A stretch of DNA of 14,831 nucleotides from Sulfurimonadaceae bacterium (lineage in GTDB: Bacteria; Campylobacterota; Campylobacteria; Campylobacterales; Sulfurimonadaceae): the NCBI GenBank assembly GCA_041562555.1, contig JBFEXS010000050.1:1-14831 (forward strand), written 5' to 3'. Below the pieces are notes generated by a model. The model saw nothing but the letters and a program-made list of their open reading frames with translations, was not told the DNA's origin and made no database searches. The position numbers and the translations under genes are program-made. Below, in pieces: positions 8,302 through 14,831 of this stretch. Positions within the stretch are counted from its first letter, which is position 1. Every line of letters begins with the position of its first letter.

Positions 8302-9357
8302 ATGGATAAGAAAGATAAAATTCGTGGCAGTTTTTTTGGTGCCCTTGTAGGGGATGCCCTTTGCTTAGGTTCACACTACGAGTATGATGCCCAGAAGATC
8401 TGGGAAGCATATGGCAGGGGCCCCATCGCTAAGTTTATGAGCCCAGGAGAGATGATGGGCGGTGAGACCCATGGGATTGGCTGGGGAAGTCGAAACTACC
8501 ATCCTGGCAAAAAGGCCGGTGGAACGACTGACTATGGAGATTACAATATAGTCATCTTAGAACACCTTGCACAGATGGGAAGTCCCGTTAAAGAGTTCAG
8601 TGTAGATGAACTCATCCCTCACTGGAAAAGACGTTTGGAGAACAACTGGGGATCATGGGTCTGCACCATGACACAACAGACCTATAAACAGGTCGCTGCC
8701 GGTGTTGCCACCCATCATCTCGGAGGCCCGTCCAATGCTATGGCCATACGCCACGTGGCAGCCCATGCATATTATGATGATGAAGAGACCCTGGCCCAGG
8801 TCGCACGAAAAGCAATGTTTACCCACCGAGAAGCCTCTGCTCTTGGAGGAGGAGAGTTCTTTGCACGGGTGACCCATAGAGTCATTAATGGTCAAACACC
8901 GCAAGATGCCATTGAAAGTGTCGCTATCCAGATGGGTGGTTTTTTTGAGACAAAAACAGCCCAAGCCATTTCTAAATTCAAAGAAGCCACTGATCCACTT
9001 AGCGAACTTTCCAAGGAAGCCTTTGTCGATGACCTAGCACTCACCTCTATGGCACGATTGTGGGATATTGGCCGTTCCGAGCCTATCCGTGTCGGAAAAG
9101 CCAGTCCTACGGAGGGAACCCTACCGGGAAGTATCTACTTTATCTTGAAATACGCCAATGAAGAAGACGGGCTTAACAGAGCCCTGCAGGCCAACGCTAT
9201 GGTTGGAGGAGATAATGCCTCACGTGCTATTGCTATAGGCATGGTCCTGGGTGCCTACTTTGGGATAGATGCTTTAAATCCAGACTGGAAAAGCAGCCTT
9301 ACACAAAACCTATATTGTGAAGAACTCCTCTCACAGCTACCACTCCTGAATAATTAA
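8302..9357 (+). CDS. ADP-ribosylglycohydrolase family protein (SelJ/J1-crystallin-like branch)
   Basis: KIRGSFFGALVGDAL, YHPGKKAGGTTDYGD, SNAMAIR, THR and ANAMVGGDNASRAIAIGMVLGAYFG...W follow the ARH fold pattern. Confidence 0.88.
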   Translation: MDKKDKIRGSFFGALVGDALCLGSHYEYDAQKIWEAYGRGPIAKFMSPGEMMGGETHGIGWGSRNYHPGKKAGGTTDYGDYNIVILEHLAQMGSPVKEFSVDELIPHWKRRLENNWGSWVCTMTQQTYKQVAAGVATHHLGGPSNAMAIRHVAAHAYYDDEETLAQVARKAMFTHREASALGGGEFFARVTHRVINGQTPQDAIESVAIQMGGFFETKTAQAISKFKEATDPLSELSKEAFVDDLALTSMARLWDIGRSEPIRVGKASPTEGTLPGSIYFILKYANEEDGLNRALQANAMVGGDNASRAIAIGMVLGAYFGIDALNPDWKSSLTQNLYCEELLSQLPLLNN

Positions 9358-9376
9358 ACCTTCAAAAGACGTCACT

Positions 9377-9398
9377 TTAAGTTAGACTGCTATACAAT
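9377..9398 (+). promoter_or_regulatory. Putative sigma70 promoter
   Basis: TTAAG upstream, then TACAAT at 9393-9398. Confidence 0.45.
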
Positions 9399-9431
9399 GG
9401 ATCTCCTATCAATTTAAAATAGAGGAGATCC
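9399..9431 (+). repeat. Perfect 9-bp inverted repeat covering the SD of the next gene
   Basis: GGATCTCCT (9399-9407) and AGGAGATCC (9423-9431). Confidence 0.8.
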
Positions 9432-9432
9432 C

Positions 9433-9852
9433 ATGTTACGTATAATCGGATTTGCTGTCGTCATATTTGCCGCCTACAGCGCATACCATGAATTTTTTGC
9501 AACATCAAAGGACTATGAGACAGGACCCTCTATCCAACCCGAATATGAAGCAGCGATCTACAAGGCCCGTTCCGATCTTGAGGCAATCTATTCCGGTATT
9601 AGTCGCGATGTAAAGCGTAATAAATACAGTGGGAAAGACCCCTATCCAAAGACGCTTACTAACGATGCGGATCACCTCTTTGGAAATGTACTTATCACCC
9701 CTATCTATCCTAGCAAGAAAGGGTGGCAATGGCAAGGTCAGAACCATTATACCTATACCTATGGCCCGGGGAAAAGTGTGAGCTTTGAGTACTCACCACG
9801 TGATGGTAAGCTATATTGTAGAAGTGATTATGAGATCTGTCAGTTTTTTTAA
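9433..9852 (+). CDS. Membrane-anchored or exported protein resembling Campylobacterota type II secretion pseudopilins, without a prepilin motif
   Basis: Strong SD (AGGAG), N-terminal hydrophobic helix, then AAIYKARSDLEAIYSGI...LFGNVL...GW...FEY...DGKLYC...C with a terminal Cys pair. Confidence 0.6.
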   Translation: MLRIIGFAVVIFAAYSAYHEFFATSKDYETGPSIQPEYEAAIYKARSDLEAIYSGISRDVKRNKYSGKDPYPKTLTNDADHLFGNVLITPIYPSKKGWQWQGQNHYTYTYGPGKSVSFEYSPRDGKLYCRSDYEICQFF

Positions 9853-9859
9853 ATAGAGA

Positions 9860-10369
9860 CTAGTCCGTATTCCTCTCATCTTCTGATGACTGCTTTCCCA
9901 TCTTCCAATTGATCCACAAGAGCCATACAACAGCCAGGTCGATCATCACATCGGCAAAATTGAAAACAGCGAATCCCTCCTGTCCTGCGACGGGATATGG
10001 CCATCCGTGATAATAGAACATATCTACAACGCCACCATGGATAAAACGGTCATATACATTGGACAAGCCTGCTCCGACCAGAATACCTACCGGTACCGAA
10101 TAGATACGGTTGTTAAGGTAAAGAGTATATCCGATAACGCCTAATATCATCACCAGCTGTATCCACTTAAGCCACTCTTTTAAAAAAGCGAACATCGAAA
10201 AAGCGACACCCTTGTTAAAGACAAGGATCAGATCCATCCAATCACTATAATAGAGATAACCGTCTAGAAAAAGTTGTTTGATATTTTGATCGACGATAAA
10301 GATACCGACCATGGCGAGAGCCATCGGCCAAAAGAGGTAAAGAAGGTTTCTAAGCGAGTTGTTTTCCAA
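9860..10369 (-). CDS. lspA: Lipoprotein signal peptidase (signal peptidase II)
   Basis: [27 protein letters not shown] and FAVFNFAD motifs. The TTG start overlaps the glmM end; exact start is uncertain. Confidence 0.96.
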   Translation of the reverse strand: MENNSLRNLLYLFWPMALAMVGIFIVDQNIKQLFLDGYLYYSDWMDLILVFNKGVAFSMFAFLKEWLKWIQLVMILGVIGYTLYLNNRIYSVPVGILVGAGLSNVYDRFIHGGVVDMFYYHGWPYPVAGQEGFAVFNFADVMIDLAVVWLLWINWKMGKQSSEDERNTD

Positions 10370-11687
10370 AAAATTCTTCCAGTTCGTTCATTTTTGCGTC
10401 TAGAACTTTAGCATCTTTTCCTTCAAGCAAGATACGAAGCTTGTTCTCTGTTCCCGAATACCGGATAAGATGACGCATATGTAAAGATTCTACATGTTCC
10501 AGATGTTCTTTCAGCCCTTCGATCTCATCCAGAGGTTTTTTCTCCTTGACGTTCATATTGCGTAACTGTTGCGGATACAGCGAAAACGGACGCAGTACCT
10601 CCGAGGCTTTCTTGCCTGATTCAAGGATGATCGCCAGAATCTGAAGTGCCGACATAAGGCCGTCTCCTGTCTTCGCAAAATCATGCAAGATCACATGTCC
10701 GCTCTGTTCACCACCGAAGTTGATACCCTTCTCATTCATCACTTCGAGTACATATTTGTCCCCTACGTTAGAGCGGAAAAGTTTTAGGTTGTTCTCCTTC
10801 ATATACTCTTCAAGACCAAGATTACTCATAACAGTAGCGACGATTCCTCCGCCCTTGAGCATCTGTTTCTTATGCAAAGCGACACCCATCACACCAAGAA
10901 GCTGATCACCATGGACCATCACACCCTTCTCGTCTACGACAACCAGTCTGTCGGCGTCCCCGTCAAGTGCGATACCGATGTCTGCTCTATACTTGACTAC
11001 AGCTTGTGAAAGGTCTTTCGTATGTAAAGCCCCACAATCCTCATTGATATTAAAACCGTCAGGTTTATCATGAATCACGATCACCTCAGCACCCAATTCA
11101 TCCAGTACTGTCGGTCCTACTTTGTATCCTGCACCATTTGCCGTATCCAATACAATACGCAGACCCTGCAGTGACAGTTCCTGTGGAAAAGAGTTTTTAA
11201 GTTGGACGATGTAGCGGCCGATGACATCATCAATACGTTCTGCTTTTCCGATCTCTTTTCCTACGGCACACGAAGAAGTCATCAACGTCGTATTGTTATA
11301 GATCGCTTCGATCTCCGCTTCGATATCTTCAGACAGTTTGTCTCCTCTAGCATCGAAAAACTTAATCCCGTTGTCCTCAAAAGGATTATGTGAAGCAGAG
11401 ATCATAATACCCGCATCACATCGCATGTTCTCTGTTAAAAAGGCGATAGCCGGTGTGGGCATCGGTCCTATCTGAACGACATCATAGCCCACCGCCGTTA
11501 ATCCGCTAACAATGGCATTTTCAATCATATAGCCGCTACGACGGGTATCCTTACCTACAAGAATTTTCTTCGTCTTTGCATGTTGTTTAAAATAGATACC
11601 TGCTGCAATCGCTACATTCATTGCCCTTGTCGCATTTAAAAAACCACCCGCTTGACCACGGACACCGTCGGTACCAAATAACTTCAT
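10350..11687 (-). CDS. glmM: Phosphoglucosamine mutase
   Basis: [11 protein letters not shown], catalytic ISASHNP, DGDADR, GGEQSGH and RYSGTE motifs. SD GAGGA. Confidence 0.99.
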   Translation of the reverse strand: MKLFGTDGVRGQAGGFLNATRAMNVAIAAGIYFKQHAKTKKILVGKDTRRSGYMIENAIVSGLTAVGYDVVQIGPMPTPAIAFLTENMRCDAGIMISASHNPFEDNGIKFFDARGDKLSEDIEAEIEAIYNNTTLMTSSCAVGKEIGKAERIDDVIGRYIVQLKNSFPQELSLQGLRIVLDTANGAGYKVGPTVLDELGAEVIVIHDKPDGFNINEDCGALHTKDLSQAVVKYRADIGIALDGDADRLVVVDEKGVMVHGDQLLGVMGVALHKKQMLKGGGIVATVMSNLGLEEYMKENNLKLFRSNVGDKYVLEVMNEKGINFGGEQSGHVILHDFAKTGDGLMSALQILAIILESGKKASEVLRPFSLYPQQLRNMNVKEKKPLDEIEGLKEHLEHVESLHMRHLIRYSGTENKLRILLEGKDAKVLDAKMNELEEFFGKQLA

Positions 11688-11724
11688 ACTTATCCTCGCT
11701 ATACATACTTATCAGATTAAGCGT

Positions 11725-11733
11725 ATTCTAACA
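11725..11733 (-). promoter_or_regulatory. Putative extended -10 of glmM-lspA
   Basis: Minus-strand TGtTAGAAT. Confidence 0.55.
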
Positions 11734-11844
11734 CCTCTTATCTTTTTTATAGTTGATAATTATGAAAAATCGGTATTTTAGAGGAAGAAAGTCACCCTTT
11801 TGAAACTTACCTAGTATCCTTAACTTAAATTTAATGATATTTCA

Positions 11845-11852
11845 GCTAAACT
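11845..11852 (+). promoter_or_regulatory. Putative -10 of rpsT-prfA
   Basis: gcTAAACT preceded by AT-rich TTAA tracts. Confidence 0.45.
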
Positions 11853-11902
11853 TCGATTCTTAAAAAAAATTAGGGCAAGATCCCTAAGAAGGAAATATTG
11901 AT

Positions 11903-12166
11903 ATGGCTAACCATAAATCATCAGTAAAACGTATCCGTCAGACTATCAAAAAGACTGAACGTAACCGTTTCTACCGTACTCGTCTTAAAAATATCGTAAA
12001 AGACGTTCGTTCTGCAATTGATGCAGGTAACAAAGAAGAAGCTGCTGCTGCACTTAAAGTTGCTAACCAGCAAATTCATAAATTCGTAAGCAAAGGTATC
12101 TTGAAAAAAGAGACTGCTGCTCGTAAAGTAAGCCGTTTACATACTGCTGTTAACGCAATCGCTTAA
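11903..12166 (+). CDS. rpsT: 30S ribosomal protein S20
   Basis: [14 protein letters not shown]...[16 protein letters not shown], 87 aa, basic. SD AAGGA. Confidence 0.99.
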   Translation: MANHKSSVKRIRQTIKKTERNRFYRTRLKNIVKDVRSAIDAGNKEEAAAALKVANQQIHKFVSKGILKKETAARKVSRLHTAVNAIA

Positions 12167-12197
12167 TAACCAACTTTAAGCAAGGCGCATCTGCGTT

Positions 12198-12303
12198 GTG
12201 GGGTGAGGTAGTGTGCTGTTTATAGCCGAACATATTTCTTTCCACACTGCCCCTTCACTGTTCGGTCTCTGATAGATCGAACATAATCTTCATCTCGGAG
12301 ACC
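12198..12303 (+). ncRNA. Candidate structured cis-regulatory RNA (or small repeat element) between rpsT and prfA
   Basis: About 16-bp stem (12198-12215/12243-12258), 10-bp hairpin (12259-12283) and alternative 9-bp anti-SD pairing (12264-12272/12295-12303). Non-Watson-Crick pairs are G.U on the + strand. Confidence 0.5.
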
Positions 12304-12307
12304 ATCC

Positions 12308-13375
12308 ATGTTACAATCAAAACTTGACCCCTTTATTGATCGCTATAATGAACTCACTGACCTTTTAAGTGCACCGGATGTCACTTCAGATATCAAAAAG
12401 ATGACAGAGCTTTCCAAAGAGCAATCAGGTCTTCTTCCGATTGTTGAAAAAGCAAAAGAGTACAATGCCCTATTACAGGAGATCTCTGATAATAAAGAGC
12501 TGCTCGGTGATCCTGAAATGGATGAATTGGCCAAAGAGGAACTTAAAGAGCTTGAGCCCAAAGTACCTAAGTTAGAGGAAGAACTCAAGGGTCTGCTAGT
12601 ACCACAAGATCCAAATGATGATCGCAACATTTATCTAGAGATGCGTGCCGGTGCCGGTGGAGATGAAGCGGCTATCTTTGTTGGTAACCTCTTTACTGCC
12701 TATACGCGCTATGCCGAACTCAAAGGATGGAAGATAGAAATCATGTCTTCATCAGAGGGAGATGCCGGCGGGTTCAAAGAGATGATTGCCCTTGTAAAGG
12801 GAGAAAAAGTCTACTCTTTCTTGAAACATGAATCAGGCACTCACCGTGTTCAACGTGTTCCTGCAACAGAATCACAAGGACGTGTTCATACTTCAGCCAT
12901 TACCGTAGCTATCATGCCTGAAGTCGATGATGTTGAGATCGAAATCAACCCAAATGACCTTAAGATCGATGTTATGCGTTCATCCGGTTGTGGTGGTCAA
13001 TCTGTCAATACAACCGATTCAGCTGTACGTATCACGCACATTCCCTCTGGTCTGGTAGTGACCAACCAGGATCAAAAATCTCAGCACAAGAATAAAGACA
13101 AGGCGATGAAAGTACTTAAAGCCCGTCTATATGACCTTGAGATGCAACAAAAGATGGAAGAAGACGGAGCGGCACGTAAAGAGCAGGTAGGAACGGGTGA
13201 TCGTTCAGGACGTATCCGTACCTATAACTATCCGCAAAACCGTATCTCCGATCACCGTATCAATCTTACCTTATACCGTCTGAACGAGATCCTCGGCGGA
13301 GGACTTATGGATGAGATCATCGAGCCGCTTCTAGCACATTACCAAGCGGAAAAGATCAAAGCAGCCGGGCTTTAA
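12308..13375 (+). CDS. prfA: Peptide chain release factor 1
   Basis: [10 protein letters not shown] (PxT motif), SGCGGQSVN (GGQ) and [15 protein letters not shown]. Confidence 0.99.
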   Translation: MLQSKLDPFIDRYNELTDLLSAPDVTSDIKKMTELSKEQSGLLPIVEKAKEYNALLQEISDNKELLGDPEMDELAKEELKELEPKVPKLEEELKGLLVPQDPNDDRNIYLEMRAGAGGDEAAIFVGNLFTAYTRYAELKGWKIEIMSSSEGDAGGFKEMIALVKGEKVYSFLKHESGTHRVQRVPATESQGRVHTSAITVAIMPEVDDVEIEINPNDLKIDVMRSSGCGGQSVNTTDSAVRITHIPSGLVVTNQDQKSQHKNKDKAMKVLKARLYDLEMQQKMEEDGAARKEQVGTGDRSGRIRTYNYPQNRISDHRINLTLYRLNEILGGGLMDEIIEPLLAHYQAEKIKAAGL

Positions 13376-13393
13376 GCCGGACACTTTGCTTTT
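13358..13393 (+). terminator. Putative intrinsic terminator at the prfA stop
   Basis: CCGGGCT-tta-AGCCGG hairpin, outer AAAGCA/TGCTTT pairing and a T-rich tail. Confidence 0.4.
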
Positions 13394-13435
13394 CAGAAGC
13401 AATTCTTCAATCCTTTTTTACTTTCAACAAACTCT

Positions 13436-13445
13436 TGGCTATAAT
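13436..13445 (+). promoter_or_regulatory. Putative sigma70 -10
   Basis: ggcTATAAT (13440-13445). SD AGGAG before ATG 13472. Confidence 0.55.
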
Positions 13446-13471
13446 AACAGTTACTTATCCTAGGAGACACC

Positions 13472-13816
13472 ATGAAATCTATTTTATTCCCCCTTTTAAT
13501 TACATCTGCACTTTTTGCAGATAATGTTGCTTTTTGGCAGATACAAAAAGTCAAATCTAACGATACGCTCAATATCCGTACACAAGCAACCCATAAGTCA
13601 GACAAGGTAACCAGTATCCCTTTTAGTGCCCAGTGTGTTAAGAATCATGGATGCGGTAAGGATATCAGCTTAGATGCGATGATGAACATGCAAGAAGACG
13701 AGGTTAAAAGCTTTTTACAACAGGCAAAAGAGGGCTGGTGTTATGTCGAATACGAGGGGAAGTTCGGCTGGGCAAACCAATATTATCTTAAACCTTCAAG
13801 CAGTGAGTGCAAATAG
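13472..13816 (+). CDS. Secreted SH3b-like domain protein
   Basis: Sec signal ending LFA-D. SH3b pattern V..NDTLNIR......S..V..IP...WCYVEYEGKFGWANQYYL. Four Cys. Confidence 0.75.
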   Translation: MKSILFPLLITSALFADNVAFWQIQKVKSNDTLNIRTQATHKSDKVTSIPFSAQCVKNHGCGKDISLDAMMNMQEDEVKSFLQQAKEGWCYVEYEGKFGWANQYYLKPSSSECK

Positions 13817-13837
13817 GCAGACTATTTCACTCCGTAC

Positions 13838-14407
13838 TTAAAGTTTACCACGCTTCCAATCCTCTTTTGTATCTGCTGCTATATCTTTGTAGAACTGACC
13901 TAGACGCTCTTTGTCTTCAACCCCTATCACACCCTGATAGACATTATCAACACCAACAGCAGCCTTAAATGTCCCATAGACGTCCATTGGTGAGCTCATC
14001 AGGAAAAAATACAGATCGAAATTTTGCTTGGGTACCATACAATTCACGTATTCGGTCCCTGAACTTTGTCCATCGACCGTTTCAGAATTACACTCTATTG
14101 TAAACTTCTCCTTTGCTTTGAAACTCAATGTCGCACCGATAAAACGTTCTTGATCATTTCGGTAAGTATGCTCAAACATAAATCCCTCTACAAGCTTTGA
14201 TGCATAATTGACCCCGACGCAGTATTTCGCCTCAATATCACTTTCATCAATGCTCCCGAGTTCTAAACAGTCGATACTCTGATTTAAAAAAGTATTTGCA
14301 ATAAAGGTATATTTATCACTGGTATAGGTCACATAATCACCCTGTTGGATAAAGGCTGAACAGCCACTCATAAACAGTAGCGTTGTTATTGCTATCATAT
14401 ACTTCAT
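13838..14407 (-). CDS. Hypothetical lipoprotein
   Basis: MKY plus hydrophobic stretch and lipobox-like MSG-C. SD AAGGA. -10 TACAAT at 14451-14456 on the minus strand. Confidence 0.75.
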   Translation of the reverse strand: MKYMIAITTLLFMSGCSAFIQQGDYVTYTSDKYTFIANTFLNQSIDCLELGSIDESDIEAKYCVGVNYASKLVEGFMFEHTYRNDQERFIGATLSFKAKEKFTIECNSETVDGQSSGTEYVNCMVPKQNFDLYFFLMSSPMDVYGTFKAAVGVDNVYQGVIGVEDKERLGQFYKDIAADTKEDWKRGKL

Positions 14408-14492
14408 ACAATATTGTCCTTCGTGTGATCACTCACATTTATCTCAAAGCATTGTACCCCATAAGCCGCTTGAAGACAAGTTGGTATGAGCA

Positions 14493-14535
14493 TTGACTCC
14501 GATTAATACTCTCTTGAGTCAAATTAGCTTATAAT
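14493..14535 (+). promoter_or_regulatory. Promoter with inverted repeat (operator-like)
   Basis: TTGACTC (14493-14499)-N16-GAGTCAA (14516-14522), then TATAAT at 14530-14535. Confidence 0.5.
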
Positions 14536-14575
14536 AATTCAACATATGAAACCTGACGAAATTTTAGGGGGAAAA

Positions 14576-14758
14576 ATGGCATCTGACAAGCAGGATAGTG
14601 CTATTGACAACACGGCACTATTTCAAAATACGCAAAAAAAATTTCAAGAGGAGTGGGAACGTTTTTTACATGATGAAAAAACATTTACCTCCTTCTATGA
14701 AAACACCAAAAAAATCGATCAATGGCTGAAAGAAAAGGGACCCAATGCAGATTCTTAG
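14576..14758 (+). CDS. Small charged helical protein, putative antitoxin
   Basis: AGGGGG SD favours ATG 14576 (60 aa) over 14546. Overlaps the next ORF by 14 nt. Confidence 0.5.
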   Translation: MASDKQDSAIDNTALFQNTQKKFQEEWERFLHDEKTFTSFYENTKKIDQWLKEKGPNADS

Positions 14759-14831
14759 TTCACATCTGTTCGAAGAGCAGTTAAAAGAGATATTCTCTCC
14801 CTATTTAGAAAGTGATCCTAAAGGAATCAAG
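14745..14831 (+). CDS. RelE/ParE-like toxin-family protein, N-terminal fragment (runs off the window)
   Basis: SD AAGGGA, then MQILSSHLFEEQLKEIFSPYLESDPKGIK..., open to the window end. Beta1-alpha1 pattern typical of RelE/ParE N-termini. Confidence 0.5.
   Translation, partial: MQILSSHLFEEQLKEIFSPYLESDPKGIK

Noticed and set aside
12259..12290. CTGATAGA...GAAC resembling a hammerhead ribozyme core
   Set aside because: Does not match CUGANGA/GAAA with the required three-stem arrangement.
12181..12290. tRNA, SRP or known riboswitch in the rpsT-prfA spacer
   Set aside because: No cloverleaf/CCA end and no aptamer consensus that I can recognise on either strand.
326..13605. Many 60-120 aa alternative-frame or antisense ORFs in the track (e.g. 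875-1237, 5361-5696, 6328-6687, 8653-8964, 12343-12630, 13393-13605)
   Set aside because: They shadow well-supported genes and show no recognisable motifs or convincing RBS.
14546..14831. Single frameshifted gene or pseudogene at the right edge
   Set aside because: The second frame has its own SD and ATG, so two overlapping genes are more parsimonious.
1..14831. CRISPR array, IS element, integrase or prophage
   Set aside because: No periodic repeats, terminal inverted repeats or mobility/phage proteins were seen.

Overview
Chromosomal window from a Campylobacterota bacterium, probably Sulfurimonas/Sulfurovum/Sulfuricurvum-like. This is inferred from gene order (lspA-glmM divergent from rpsT-prfA; TPR gene-rnc-aroC) and protein style. 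Core genes: purM (3' part), ccoG, a LapB-like TPR protein, rnc, aroC, lspA, glmM, rpsT and prfA. Accessory genes: an Hpt/pseudo-receiver/HDOD signalling protein, an orphan membrane histidine kinase, an ADP-ribosylglycohydrolase-family protein with non-canonical metal motifs, a pseudopilin-like protein lacking a prepilin leader, a secreted SH3b protein, a lipoprotein and, at the right edge, a probable type II antitoxin/RelE-ParE-like pair whose second ORF is missing from the ORF track. The most interesting non-coding signal is the structured 141-nt rpsT-prfA spacer, where one segment has three alternative pairing partners, one of them the prfA Shine-Dalgarno. No transposase, integrase, tRNA/rRNA or CRISPR array was seen. 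All family calls come from motif recognition by eye, not database searches.
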